Shown one piece after another: positions 1-10,853 of a stretch of 64,000 nucleotides of DNA. The stretch's first letter is position 1. Each line of letters starts with the position of its first letter. The position numbers and the translations under genes were made by a program. Below the pieces are notes generated by a model. It saw only the letters and a program-made list of their open reading frames with translations. It made no database searches and was not told where the DNA came from. The stretch is taken from positions 3,744,001 to 3,808,000 of the forward strand of contig OY759316.1 in assembly GCA_963662275.1 (NCBI GenBank). Reading direction: 5' to 3'. This DNA comes from Candidatus Cloacimonadales bacterium (lineage in GTDB: Bacteria > Cloacimonadota > Cloacimonadia > Cloacimonadales > DAONDQ01).

Positions 1-1266
1 TTTCTGAATAATTTTAGAGAAACGCAATCTCTACCTGTGTATAAGTTCATACAGGATATCTGCTTAGGGATACTGAAAAGTAAATCTGTAATTATGCTCC
101 AAATAGCGAAACAGCTAAATGAACCAATCACGGTTAAAAAGCTCTGCGAACGTTTCACCCGACATTTGAATAAGAAGCCCTTAGGAGATAAGCTGCAAGC
201 GGAAATAATTAGGCATCAGTGCCAGGGTTTTGATGATGAGACAGGCATCATAGTTGATGAAAGTGATATCGTAAAAACCAAAGCCAAAAAGATGGAGGGA
301 TTGCAGAAGGTGCGTGATGGCAGCACCGGCAGTCATGATCAGCAGGGCTATGCATTGCTGAATATAATTGCCTATCAGGCAGGCAGTACAGGCTATGAGA
401 TAAAACCCATCAGTTCAGACCTGATAGCCCGAAACATGGAACTGGATAGCGTCTCTCAGATCATGGAAGACCGGCTAGTGGGGATTATTCTTGCAAGTGG
501 TAACCGTGGAGTAACTATTTTCGACCGTGGCTTTGACAACCGAAATCTATTCAGCTTTCTGCATGAACATGGACTAAGCTATATCATCAGATCAACAGGT
601 GAAAGAAGTCTTATCATGGATGGCTGCGAACAGAACTTCATGGCAGTGGCAAAGACAGTGAAACTCGATCATACATTCAATCTGCAAGAATCAGGACAAC
701 AGATAAAATGTGGTTTAACGCGGGTGAAGCTGCGTTTGAATCCTTACCCTGTAAAATACCCTGATACTACAGATGCCTGGCTTATTGTTGCACAGTTCAG
801 TCCCGATGCTAGTGGCAGACAGGGATATTTCTATTTCATCTGCGACTTTCCGACACAACCTTATCTGACGGAAAATGCTATCATGGAGAAGGTTTTGCGG
901 ATGTATCGCATACGCTGGAAAATCGAAGAGGTCCATCGCCATATCAAGCAGGAATATGGTTGGGAAAAGATACAACTGAAATCATATACCCGTCTGAAAA
1001 ACATGAACCAGCTGCTTCTGCTAGCTATGTGCTACCTGTATTCTCTGAAAAAGTATGCTGGCGTATTTTTAGATGCCTTCCCAAATCTTATGAAATACTC
1101 AAATAAACAGTGGAAGCAGATATATGACTTTGTGTATTATCGTCTGTCAATGCTGATAGAGATGTGTTTTGCCACCGTGACAAGGTACAGGCTCAATCCT
1201 TTTGCAGGAAAATGGCTGGATAATCAGCAGCTAAAAATACCTGGTTTGAAAAACGGGGGGATGTGA
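1..1266 (+). mobile_element. IS4-family DDE transposase, 5' end outside window
   Basis: Frame is open from base 1. DDE-type motifs IIVDESD, IFDRGF and the IS4 'YREK' signature YRIRWKIEEVHRHIK. The left end is not in the window, so the TIR pair cannot be confirmed. Confidence 0.85.
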
Positions 1267-1567
1267 GTTTTACATAATTTAGATTGACAAAAGGTCAAAA
1301 GTTGAAAACTTTGTACAAAATAAGTAATAGAATGTGATTGAAATTGAGAAAATTGAAATAAACGATATGAATGTCTTCAGCATGATTCATGAAATTGTGC
1401 TTCGAAATTCAGTCAAGAGACAGTAAAATTTATTGTTTTCTGTATTCTTTTCTTATAATGTCAGATAGAGATTTGGATTTATCAAGAGAGAAATCCAGGA
1501 AATGGAAAATCATAAACTAATTATTCTAGAGTCAAGACAAATAATAACTAAGGGTTAGGAGTTAAAA

Positions 1568-4500
1568 ATGAAAAGAACCTTGTTCGTAACCATGCTATTG
1601 TCTTTAGGCATATTGTTGTCATCCTTATGGGCAATACCTTTGTCTGAAGGGTTTGAAGGAACTGTTTGTCCACCAAATGGCTGGACAATGAGCTATGCAG
1701 ATCCTGCACCACCGGCTGATAATCTTATGATTATCACAGCCGAGGAGGCGCATACTGGCACAAATTCATTCAGTTTTTCGTCTTATGATTATGCTTCAAA
1801 CTTACAGTATGATCAGTATTTAGTCACACCTTTACTGAACACAACTGCCGGCAATACTACTTTCTCATTTTGGTATATGCCTACAGCAAATGCTGATGAA
1901 GTTTTTAAGGTTGGTTGGTCATCTACAGATAACAATGTAGCCAGCTTTACCTGGTCATCTGAAATTACTGCTGTTGGTGAAGCTGCTTGGGCACATTATG
2001 TGAAAGCAGATCTTCCTATTGGAACAAAATATGTAGCAATTCACTATTACAGTACTTATCAATATTTCCTTTATGTTGATGATGTTCTTGGACCAAATAT
2101 TTCTGGCGGAGCCATTACGGGTGTAGTATCTGCTAATGAAACTCCACTTGCAGGCGCAACTGTAAGTCTTGATGAAGGAGCACTGACATCTACCACAGAT
2201 GCCAATGGTACTTATACTTTGAATATGGTTGGGCTTGGTGTACATTCTGTAACCGCTGCAAAGCTCGGTTATTCTTCAGTCACACATCAAGTTGAAGTCA
2301 CACAAGATAACACAACTACCCAAAACTTTGCGCTATCAACTCTAACTACTGTTACTGTTTCAGGACATGTCGTTACCAGTACAGAGCCAACAGTCGGTTT
2401 AGCGGGAGCTGTTGTTCATTTATCTGGTTATGCACCGTTTTCAGCAACAACAGATGTTTCTGGAAACTTCTCAATAACCGGTGTTTATATTAACCAAACT
2501 TATAATTATTCCGTATCCGCTGCCGGACACCCAACCCTCACAGGTACAGTGCCAGTTGCTGCAGTTGATTTAAATATGGGTACTTTGACAATTTCAGAAC
2601 CACTTTATCCAGCATCACAAGTTGTCGCAGCTGTAAGTGGAAATAATGTAGAAATTACTTGGGGTATTCCAGATCCCAGCGGTGTTGCTGTTACCGAAGG
2701 TTTTGAAGGAACATTCCCTCCTGCTGGATGGGTACATACCACTACAAATACTGGTGCTGCGAATACTTATGGTGTATATCCAACTTGGTGCGAATGTGGA
2801 ACCATTGCTTCAGATCCAGTAAACGAACCACATGGTGGTGTTGGTCATGTCGGTCTTTGGTGGTCAATGGCACATCAAGACGAATGGCTTATCACCCCTG
2901 AATTTATGTGTCCAGAGTCTGGAAATCTGAACTTCTGGTCATACTGTTACCAGGGCTCCACTCATTTAGATCATTATTATGTGAAAGTATCCACAGACAA
3001 CGGCGCTACGTGGACAGTTTTGTGGGATGCTACAGCACTACCTCCTTCGTATGACGACGAAGGTTATAATCTTCCAAACCCTTATGATACACCCTATGAT
3101 GTTTCATTGGCAGCATACTCTGGTCAGCAGATCAAGCTTGCTTATCAAGGTGTGGATGGTGATGGATTAGGACTTTGGTTTATCTGGTTCATTGATGATA
3201 TCACTATTGCTGGCTCAGATGCAGTAATCAGTTTCAGTGCAAGTGATTTAGAACATAGAAGTGCAAACGTACAAGCACAACAAGCACCAGTTACAATCGA
3301 TCCTAACATGCCTACCAGGATGACAAGGAATCCTAATAATCATGCAGTCCCAGTGGTGACAAGAAACGAGAGTCGTCCTGTTTTAGGATATATGATTTCT
3401 CGCTTACATGTTGGAGAAGAAGCGAATCCAGGTGTATGGACAGCTCTTACTACTTCATCAACGGCAAATCTGAACTATTCTGATACAGATTGGACAACAT
3501 TACCTCTTGGAGATTATAAATGGGCAGTCAGAGCTCAATATACTGGAGAGATACTTGCTCCAGCAGCTTTCTCTAATCATATTCAGAAAGTTATTTCAGG
3601 TACTTTATCAGGTGTTGTTACAAGTGCTGCTGTAGAAAACCCTCCGATTGAAGGCGCAACAATTACTGCTGGTGAGATTACAACTACAACAAATGCTAGT
3701 GGCGCATACACAATGACAGTTCCTGTTGGAAACTATACAGTAACCTGTTCAGCTACCAATTTCTTAACGGGAACGGAAACCAACGTTGTTGTTCTTGCTG
3801 ATCCTGCAATAACCACTCTTAATTTCCAGTTGGGACAATCCCAGATTATCTTTACAGATAGTTTCGAAACCTATCCTGATTTCGCAACTTCATTCCCACC
3901 ATGGACAACGAATGATGTTGATGGGTCAGTGACATGGAATATTGGCACACTTACTTTCCCTGGCACAGGTGAACCTTCTGCTTTCAGAGTCTTCAATCCT
4001 ACTACAACTACTCCAGCTATTACTACCGGAGCGGCTGCACATACAGGTACAAAGTACGTTGTCAGTTTTGCTGACTATATGCCACCCGATGGAAATGGAC
4101 CGAACAATGACTGGATGATCACTCCTCGGATTCACGTTGGTGCTACAGGTCAATTCTCGTTCTGGGCAAGAACATATGTTGCTACTTATGGTCTTGAACG
4201 CTTCAAGGTTGGAGTATCCACTACCGGTGTTCTTCCTATTGATTTCACATACATAAGTGGTGATACTTATATTGAAGCTCCTATTGGCTGGACACAATAT
4301 TCATTTGACTTGGCTGCCTATGCTAACCAATCAATCAATATCGGAATCAACTGTGTTTCCAATGATGCATTCCTTTTCTTCCTCGATGATGTATCTATTG
4401 ATTCTCCTGGCGGAGTAGCCAACGATGATCAAATTAATGTACCAATGTTAACAACTTTGGGTGAAAATTATCCTAACCCATTCAACCCGACAACAAGCAT

Positions 4501-4723
4501 TAAGTATTCTGTTTTGAAGACGACTCCTGTTTCTCTTACAATCTACAATGTAAAGGGACAGAAAGTGAAAACCTTAGTGAATGAAGTTGTAAATGCCGGT
4601 AACTATACTGTTGCTTGGAATGGTGTTGATGATAACAATAGAAGCGTATCAAGCGGTGTTTATTTCTATAAGATGAACGCTGGTCAGTACAGCTCTACAA
4701 AGAAAATGATCCTGATGAAATAA
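1568..4723 (+). CDS. Large secreted/surface protein: cleaved-adhesin (choice-of-anchor J-like) domains, carboxypeptidase-regulatory-like repeats, C-terminal FlgD-Ig/T9SS-like sorting domain
   Basis: Signal peptide; three 'EGFE/DSFE...W(L/M)ITP...DD(V/I)' adhesin-like modules; 'GATV...T(D/N)A(N/S)G.Y' repeats; C-terminus NYPNPFNPTT...WNG.D...SGVYFYK...KKMILMK. Confidence 0.85.
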   Translation: MKRTLFVTMLLSLGILLSSLWAIPLSEGFEGTVCPPNGWTMSYADPAPPADNLMIITAEEAHTGTNSFSFSSYDYASNLQYDQYLVTPLLNTTAGNTTFSFWYMPTANADEVFKVGWSSTDNNVASFTWSSEITAVGEAAWAHYVKADLPIGTKYVAIHYYSTYQYFLYVDDVLGPNISGGAITGVVSANETPLAGATVSLDEGALTSTTDANGTYTLNMVGLGVHSVTAAKLGYSSVTHQVEVTQDNTTTQNFALSTLTTVTVSGHVVTSTEPTVGLAGAVVHLSGYAPFSATTDVSGNFSITGVYINQTYNYSVSAAGHPTLTGTVPVAAVDLNMGTLTISEPLYPASQVVAAVSGNNVEITWGIPDPSGVAVTEGFEGTFPPAGWVHTTTNTGAANTYGVYPTWCECGTIASDPVNEPHGGVGHVGLWWSMAHQDEWLITPEFMCPESGNLNFWSYCYQGSTHLDHYYVKVSTDNGATWTVLWDATALPPSYDDEGYNLPNPYDTPYDVSLAAYSGQQIKLAYQGVDGDGLGLWFIWFIDDITIAGSDAVISFSASDLEHRSANVQAQQAPVTIDPNMPTRMTRNPNNHAVPVVTRNESRPVLGYMISRLHVGEEANPGVWTALTTSSTANLNYSDTDWTTLPLGDYKWAVRAQYTGEILAPAAFSNHIQKVISGTLSGVVTSAAVENPPIEGATITAGEITTTTNASGAYTMTVPVGNYTVTCSATNFLTGTETNVVVLADPAITTLNFQLGQSQIIFTDSFETYPDFATSFPPWTTNDVDGSVTWNIGTLTFPGTGEPSAFRVFNPTTTTPAITTGAAAHTGTKYVVSFADYMPPDGNGPNNDWMITPRIHVGATGQFSFWARTYVATYGLERFKVGVSTTGVLPIDFTYISGDTYIEAPIGWTQYSFDLAAYANQSINIGINCVSNDAFLFFLDDVSIDSPGGVANDDQINVPMLTTLGENYPNPFNPTTSIKYSVLKTTPVSLTIYNVKGQKVKTLVNEVVNAGNYTVAWNGVDDNNRSVSSGVYFYKMNAGQYSSTKKMILMK

Positions 4724-4760
4724 GGATTTTTAGGTTAAATAACTTAAAAATACTATAATA

Positions 4761-4794
4761 GAAAAACCCCGGTACATACCGGGGTTTTTCTTTT
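4761..4794 (+). terminator. Intrinsic terminator
   Basis: gaaaaaccccggta-ca-taccggggtttttc hairpin with T tail after the stop codon. Confidence 0.85.
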
Positions 4795-4860
4795 CATTGG
4801 TACAAACTATATATCCAGCTTATTATGTATAATATCTATTATGAAATATAAGGAGGAAAT

Positions 4861-5367
4861 ATGGCTACTGTTACATTACATGGATTACCTATGCATACGG
4901 TTGGAGATTTGCCAAGAATTGGAACTCAAGCACCTGAATTCATTCTGACGAAGAAAGACCTGACAGACACCAGATTATCGGATTATAAAGGACACAAAGT
5001 GCTTCTTAATATCTTTCCAAGTATTGATACGGGAATCTGTGCGATGAGCGTCAGACGATTCAATTCTGAAGCTGTAAATCTTGGAGATACCCGAGTATTA
5101 TGTATTTCACGTGACCTTCCCTTTGCTCATGCACGTTTTTGTGGTGCAGAGGGAATCGACAAAGTAGAATCTTTATCCATTCTGCGTGACTTGAATTTTG
5201 GCGTTGATTATGGAACTGCTTTAAAAGATGGTCCAATGGCTGGTCTGATGGCACGGGTTGTGATGATACTAGATGAAAACGGTATTGTGCAATATGTGCA
5301 GATTGTTCCCGAAATTGGGCAAGAACCTAATTATGAAGATGCTATACTAGCTTTAAAGCGGGACTAG
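4861..5367 (+). CDS. tpx: Thiol peroxidase (atypical 2-Cys peroxiredoxin)
   Basis: FPSIDTGICAMS and RFCGAEG motifs; SD aggagg. Confidence 0.95.
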   Translation: MATVTLHGLPMHTVGDLPRIGTQAPEFILTKKDLTDTRLSDYKGHKVLLNIFPSIDTGICAMSVRRFNSEAVNLGDTRVLCISRDLPFAHARFCGAEGIDKVESLSILRDLNFGVDYGTALKDGPMAGLMARVVMILDENGIVQYVQIVPEIGQEPNYEDAILALKRD

Positions 5368-5813
5368 GATTCATTCTTTAATTGACGATCTGTGTCACGT
5401 TGCCTGTCTCTTTCGTGCAGACTTTCGCGCTTGTCGAAACTTCTTTTTCCTTTGGCAAGCGCTATTTTTATCTTACATCTTCCTTGCTCATTAATAAAGA
5501 TTTCTATAGGTACAATTGTCATTCCTTGCTCAGCAACCTTAGATGCAATTCTCATAATTTCCCTATGATGTAACAGGAGTTTACGTTTACGCGTAGCATT
5601 ATGATTAAAAATATTTCCCTTTTCATAAGGACTGATATGCAAGCTATAGAGCCAAAGCTCACCATTATCGACTTTACCGAAACTATCCAGGAAATTCACT
5701 TTCCCTTCCCTGATAGATTTTATCTCCGTTCCCATCAGAACGATCCCAGCTTCATAAACTTGAATAAAAGTATATTCGTGACTGGCTTTACGATTTTTAT
5801 AAGAATTTGACAT
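5364..5813 (-). CDS. smpB: SsrA-binding protein
   Basis: NRKASHEY...EAGIVLMGTEIKSIR...RKLLLH...GKRSFDKRE. Confidence 0.97.
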   Translation of the reverse strand: MSNSYKNRKASHEYTFIQVYEAGIVLMGTEIKSIREGKVNFLDSFGKVDNGELWLYSLHISPYEKGNIFNHNATRKRKLLLHHREIMRIASKVAEQGMTIVPIEIFINEQGRCKIKIALAKGKRSFDKRESLHERDRQRDTDRQLKNES

Positions 5814-5872
5814 TATATCCTCTTGAAGTAAACATCAATATCGGCATAGCAGAGTCAACGGATTTTTCAATA

Positions 5873-6565
5873 TTATTTGAACAGAATCACTTCTCCATCA
5901 GGGATTTTCTTCATCCTTCCCTCATCATTGATATCCCTAACTAATCCTGCTTCAATAGAACCGGAATCAGTATAGCCTCTTTTCTCCCAAAAACCAGGAA
6001 CGTAATGATCCATTAACTCAATTTTAACAACACATTTAGCTGATTTATAACCCCAGAGATATGGACAAAAGACGCGCACCGGTCCGCCATAATCTTCACT
6101 GAGATATTCCTCATCGAATTTCCAGGCAAGTAAGGTTTTTGGCATTTCTGCTACAAGAATAGGAATGGAAGTATCATATTTCAAACCATATGACCAAAAT
6201 CGGATATATTTTACAGTGGTATCTGCCGCCACAGCATTCATGATATCTGACACGCGTATTCCTTCCCAATTCCCTCGAACCGACCACCGTGTGACACTTG
6301 TTAAGCGTCCATCTGCAATACTCAACGGTAAGAGTTGTAAATCCTGCCAAGTAAAGATTCGGGGAGTTTTACACAATCCCGTTACTTCTATTTTCCACTT
6401 CTCACGGTCAAGTGCACCTGGATGTCCTTCCGCCCAAAATATGGGAGTACCTAATTTTGCTAATTTCGTCATTGGCTTCTTAACCTCCTTGTTGATGCTT
6501 TTTGCTGAGCATGAAGACATACATATCACAAATAATACTAATGTGGAGATATTTAAGAGACGCAT
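5873..6565 (-). CDS. Molybdopterin-dependent oxidoreductase (sulfite oxidase/MsrP fold), putative lipoprotein
   Basis: YGGPVR..P..WGYKSAK.V..IE...PGFWE.RGY motifs; SD ggaggt; N-terminal hydrophobic segment ending in SSC. Confidence 0.8.
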   Translation of the reverse strand: MRLLNISTLVLFVICMSSCSAKSINKEVKKPMTKLAKLGTPIFWAEGHPGALDREKWKIEVTGLCKTPRIFTWQDLQLLPLSIADGRLTSVTRWSVRGNWEGIRVSDIMNAVAADTTVKYIRFWSYGLKYDTSIPILVAEMPKTLLAWKFDEEYLSEDYGGPVRVFCPYLWGYKSAKCVVKIELMDHYVPGFWEKRGYTDSGSIEAGLVRDINDEGRMKKIPDGEVILFK

Positions 6566-6674
6566 TCACTACCTCCTGAAAATTCTTTCTATAATTAAAT
6601 CTAACAAAGGCACTACTTTTAGCAAGGAATATTGAGAATTTATTGACATAATACTTATCACCAATGAAATCAGA

Positions 6675-7532
6675 ATGAGGTTAATAATGAAAGAAATCAA
6701 ATGCTTGCATATTTTTAATGCTGTCAGGGATACTTTACGTGAAATCAACCTTTCTCTTGATCCCAAGGTTAGGAATGCAATACAAAAGTATCTTATTGAA
6801 GAGAAGAACCCTTTGGCAATTGATGTTCTAAAGTCTCTGATAACAAATGCTGATTTGGCAATTCAACTCCAAAAGCCATTATGCCAGGACACTGGTGTCG
6901 TACTGGTTTTTATTGAAATAGGGCAAGAAGTTAGAATCATAGAAGGTGATATTAAGTCGACCATAAACCAAGCCGTGAAAACAGCTTATCAAGAGAATTA
7001 TTTTCGAAATTCGATGGTTAGTGATCCTGTCTTTTACCGTAATAATACAAAAACAAATACTCCAGCCATTCTCTATTTTGACTTCGTCCCAGGTGATCAG
7101 CTTAAGTTGATCATTGCTGCCAAAGGTGGAGGGGCTGAAAATATGAGTACTCTTCGAATGCTTTCACCATCCGCTGGAAGAAAAGGAATTATTGATTTTG
7201 TAATGGAAACCATCAATCATGCTGATGGAAAATCTTGTCCCCCAACTATTGTGGGTATCGGTGTTGGAGGAAATTTCGAACAGTGTGCGATTCTTTCCAA
7301 GAAAGCTCTGCTTCGTCCTTTTGGTTCACATCATGAATTACCTGAATGGGCTGACCTGGAGAAAGAACTGCTTACCTCCATAAATGCAACAGGTATCGGA
7401 CCACAAGGATTTGGAGGAAATACAACAGCTCTTGCTGTACAGATAGAAACCATGCCCTGTCACATTGCTTCACTACCGGTTGCTATCAATCTTCAGTGTC
7501 ATTCTCATCGGCATAAGACAGTTGTTTTGTAA
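6675..7532 (+). CDS. Fe-S fumarate hydratase (class I), alpha subunit
   Basis: PLCQDTG, KGGGAEN, CPP..VGIGVGG, PCHIASLPVAINLQCHSHR. Confidence 0.92.
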   Translation: MRLIMKEIKCLHIFNAVRDTLREINLSLDPKVRNAIQKYLIEEKNPLAIDVLKSLITNADLAIQLQKPLCQDTGVVLVFIEIGQEVRIIEGDIKSTINQAVKTAYQENYFRNSMVSDPVFYRNNTKTNTPAILYFDFVPGDQLKLIIAAKGGGAENMSTLRMLSPSAGRKGIIDFVMETINHADGKSCPPTIVGIGVGGNFEQCAILSKKALLRPFGSHHELPEWADLEKELLTSINATGIGPQGFGGNTTALAVQIETMPCHIASLPVAINLQCHSHRHKTVVL

Positions 7533-7544
7533 GCAGGAGAGCAT

Positions 7545-8075
7545 ATGGAATATCATATCAGACTACCTCTTTCAGCAGAAGATGTGAAGAAACTTCACGT
7601 TGGGGATAAAGTCCTGCTTAGCGGTATCATGTATACAGCTAGAGACGAAGCGCATAAGCGCATGGATGATTTAATCCTAAGAGGTAAATCTCTACCCATA
7701 GATTTGAAGGATCAGGTTATCTTTTATGCTGGACCAACACCTGCTAGACCGGGTCAAATTAGCGGATCGATTGGACCAACAACAAGTGCGAGGATGGATT
7801 CACTCACTCCATTGCTACTCAAACAAGGGCTACGGGGTATGATCGGGAAAGGGAACCGTTCAGATGCATTAAAAGACATAATGCGAGGAAAAGCAATTTA
7901 CTTTACAGCAATTGGTGGAGCTGCTGTCCTGCTTGCTGAAAGTGTTGTAAAAATGGAAGTAGCTGCATTTGATGACCTTGGACCTGAAGCGATCTATCGT
8001 TTGGAAGTTAAGGATTTTCCTTGTTATGTCGCTATTGATCTTGAAGGGAATGATCTCTTCCAGAAATATAGATGA
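7545..8075 (+). CDS. Fe-S fumarate hydratase (class I), beta subunit
   Basis: TARDEAHKR, GPTTSARMD, MIGKG, DLGPEAI. Confidence 0.92.
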   Translation: MEYHIRLPLSAEDVKKLHVGDKVLLSGIMYTARDEAHKRMDDLILRGKSLPIDLKDQVIFYAGPTPARPGQISGSIGPTTSARMDSLTPLLLKQGLRGMIGKGNRSDALKDIMRGKAIYFTAIGGAAVLLAESVVKMEVAAFDDLGPEAIYRLEVKDFPCYVAIDLEGNDLFQKYR

Positions 8076-8106
8076 AGAAGAAAACTAAAATAAGATAGAG
8101 GTTAAA

Positions 8107-9564
8107 ATGAAACAACTCGATATTCGATTACAGAATCTAGGGGAGTCTTTTCCTGAGTCTTTTACTCCTGAACAACGCGCAAAAGCGCAGACACTATTCT
8201 TAAAGACGCTTTCAGAAAAGGCTCATAGATTTTATTGCGGAAAGATGCAAACTCTTCCCAAAGCAGGTATATGGGGCTTTAATTGGTTTAATGTCTGGTA
8301 TACACCAGGCGTATCAAAAGTCTCTACAACGATACGTGATAATCATTTATCTTCCTATGATCTATCTAATCGGGGAAATCTAGTCGCTGTTGTCAGTGAT
8401 TCAACACGCGTACTCGGTGATGGTGACTGCAGTCCATCCGGTGGATTAGGTGTCATGGAAGGAAAGGCTTTCTTGATGAAATACTTGGGTGGAATAGATG
8501 CAATAGCTTTATGTATCGATAGTTATAATGAGAAAGGTAAGCATGATGCTCAAAAAATAATAGATTTTGTAAAAATGGTTCAACCTTCTTTCGGAGCAAT
8601 CAACCTGGAGGATATTTCTCAACCCAATTGCTACTATGTTCTTGATGAATTACGCAAAGTATGTGATATCCCGGTTTGGCATGATGATGCACAGGGAACT
8701 GCCTGTGTAACATTAGCTGGTTTAATCAATGCACTTCACTTGGCAGGTAAGGAAATCCAAACTGTTAAGACCGTGTTGTATGGTTCAGGTGCCTCCAACA
8801 CAACTATCGCCAGTTTCCTCATGCAAGCAGGTATGCCTGGTAAGAATATCATCCTTTTCGATAGTAAATCAGGTGTTCACATCAATAGACTTGATCTCAG
8901 GGATAACCCGGATAAATTCCGCCAATGGAAATTAGCCGAACAAACTAATCCAAAATGTGTTGAAGAAATACAAGAAGCTATGAAAAATGCAGATGTTCTA
9001 ATTGCTCTTTCAACCCCAGGACCTGATACAATTAAACCGGAATGGATCAGATCCATGGCACTTAAACCGATCGTTTTTGCCTGTGCAAATCCTATCCCTG
9101 AAATCTATCCTTATGCTGCAAAGGAAGCAGGTGCTTTTATTGTGGCAACAGGTAGAGGAGATTTTCCCAACCAAGTGAACAATTCTTTGGGTTTTCCTGG
9201 TATCCTGAAAGGTGCTCTCATGGTACGAGCATTGAAGATAACTGACTCAATGGCAATTCGAGCGGCAAGATCTTTGGCTGATTATGCCAGAAAACGCGGT
9301 ATCACAACTGATAATATTATTCCAAACATGGAAGAAGTTGGGGTTTTTCCTGAAGAAGCTGCTTCCGTGGCTATGCAGGCAATCGAAGATGGAGTTGCCA
9401 GGATCAACTTAACATATGAGGAAGCCTATGCAATAGCAAAAAGAGATATCGAAGCAGCACGTCATGCAACACAAGCATTGATGCAGGAAGGATGTATCCA
9501 GGACCCTCCCTTGGAAATGCTGCAGGAAGCATTGGAAGATACGATCAGACAAATTAGCGGATAA
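8107..9564 (+). CDS. NAD(P)-dependent malic enzyme
   Basis: YTPGV, VMEGKA, INLEDI, HDDAQGTA, ATGRGDFPNQVNNSLGFPGI. Confidence 0.92.
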   Translation: MKQLDIRLQNLGESFPESFTPEQRAKAQTLFLKTLSEKAHRFYCGKMQTLPKAGIWGFNWFNVWYTPGVSKVSTTIRDNHLSSYDLSNRGNLVAVVSDSTRVLGDGDCSPSGGLGVMEGKAFLMKYLGGIDAIALCIDSYNEKGKHDAQKIIDFVKMVQPSFGAINLEDISQPNCYYVLDELRKVCDIPVWHDDAQGTACVTLAGLINALHLAGKEIQTVKTVLYGSGASNTTIASFLMQAGMPGKNIILFDSKSGVHINRLDLRDNPDKFRQWKLAEQTNPKCVEEIQEAMKNADVLIALSTPGPDTIKPEWIRSMALKPIVFACANPIPEIYPYAAKEAGAFIVATGRGDFPNQVNNSLGFPGILKGALMVRALKITDSMAIRAARSLADYARKRGITTDNIIPNMEEVGVFPEEAASVAMQAIEDGVARINLTYEEAYAIAKRDIEAARHATQALMQEGCIQDPPLEMLQEALEDTIRQISG

Positions 9565-9565
9565 T

Positions 9566-9632
9566 CTAGTAGAGACGCCCTATAGGACGTCTCTACTAGA
9601 AAAGAAGGATAGACACATGGGGCTATCCCTAC
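9566..9632. repeat. GTAG-foot REP-like palindromes
   Basis: gtagagacgccctataggacgtctctac (related copy gtagagacgaccaattgggacgtctct at ~47552), followed by the reverse-strand gtagggatagccccatgtgtctatcc. Confidence 0.65.
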
Positions 9633-9640
9633 ATACTAAT

Positions 9641-9669
9641 AAAAAGGCAGTCGTTAGACTGCCTTTTTT
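9641..9669. terminator. Bidirectional intrinsic terminator
   Basis: aaaaaggcagtc-gtta-gactgcctttttt between convergent genes. Confidence 0.85.
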
Positions 9670-9691
9670 ATGTTATTCTTGATTAGCTATT

Positions 9692-9976
9692 TTAAAAAAC
9701 TCCAAAGACTTTCAACAGTATCAGTATCAATAATACAAAATTAACAGACCAACCAATGTAAAGCCTTAGTCGGACTGTCTCAACGAGAGTACGATTTTCC
9801 TGGATCTTCTTTTCCAGGCGAACAAGCATATTCTCGATAGTTGCAATCTGTTCTTCTGTACGGTCACCTTTGTTGGTAAAACCATCATGTTTAGCTTTTC
9901 TAATCCTTGCCATGATGATTGAAGCAAGGGCAGAGCCAAAGGCAGATAACAATTTCGTTGATACCTTAATACCCAT
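9692..9976 (-). CDS. Small hypothetical membrane protein (coiled coil plus C-terminal TM)
   Basis: ORF with SD aggagg; hydrophobic C-terminus. Confidence 0.7.
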   Translation of the reverse strand: MGIKVSTKLLSAFGSALASIIMARIRKAKHDGFTNKGDRTEEQIATIENMLVRLEKKIQENRTLVETVRLRLYIGWSVNFVLLILILLKVFGVF

Positions 9977-9993
9977 GGTTTCAGCCTCCTATC

Positions 9994-10842
9994 TTAAAAC
10001 TGATAACCAACACTAAAGTGATGAGTTGCATCAAGAACAGCATGAATCATATAGGTATAATCCAACTGTATCTTTTGAACTTTAAAACCTGCACCCATTG
10101 AATAAACACTGGGATTATTATGCACACCAAAACGCAAAGCGAACATAGGAAATACGCTGACTTCCACACCACCATGAATTTCTGTGGCTTGACCAAAATC
10201 CTGTTTCAAATCGACTGAAGTGGTAACCCCTTCATAAGGAATATAAGAAATACCGGCATCAAGTCGTTTAGGAAGTTTTTCTTCATTATTCTTACCCATA
10301 TCAGGTGAGTTCAGATTGGAAGCAAAAAATCCGATTCTTGTTCTTTGGTGCAGAACAGCAAGACCACCAAAACCAACGCCAAATGTACTTTCAGAACCGT
10401 ATTCCACCATCTGTAAATGGTAAAGGCTAGCTGTATAGCCTAAAATTATTTGCGAGTGAATGTCCTTCACTAAAGTTAATGAATGCGCAAAAGTATAGGT
10501 ACCTTCACTCATCAGATTCGTATCTTCAAAGTTTACATCGAAACTTTCCATCCCGATTCCGACTGTACCCAGACCCTTGGGAAGAGTATAAATACCGGAG
10601 GCTGTCTTTAACTGTGAAAATTCCATATTGTAGAGATTTGAGAATCCAATCTGAACATTATTTGCTCCAAGTCCGATACCCGCTGGGTTATAAAAAACAC
10701 CACCGGCATCATCAGAAACAGAAGCATAGGCACCACCCATAGCTCGAGCACGGGCAGATGGTTCGTAATTATCAAAGATTGCTGATAATGCAACTGTACT
10801 GATTAAAAAAAGCACGAGTACTAAGATATATTTTGATTTCAT
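9994..10842 (-). CDS. PorV/PorQ-like outer-membrane beta-barrel
   Basis: Signal peptide; SARARAMGGA...F(Y)NPAG motif; terminal amphipathic strand HHFSVGYQF. Confidence 0.8.
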   Translation of the reverse strand: MKSKYILVLVLFLISTVALSAIFDNYEPSARARAMGGAYASVSDDAGGVFYNPAGIGLGANNVQIGFSNLYNMEFSQLKTASGIYTLPKGLGTVGIGMESFDVNFEDTNLMSEGTYTFAHSLTLVKDIHSQIILGYTASLYHLQMVEYGSESTFGVGFGGLAVLHQRTRIGFFASNLNSPDMGKNNEEKLPKRLDAGISYIPYEGVTTSVDLKQDFGQATEIHGGVEVSVFPMFALRFGVHNNPSVYSMGAGFKVQKIQLDYTYMIHAVLDATHHFSVGYQF

Positions 10843-10853
10843 TATGTTACCCC

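Noticed and set aside
5364..5870. tmRNA gene next to smpB
   Set aside because: No ssrA-like GGGG…CCACCA sequence nearby.
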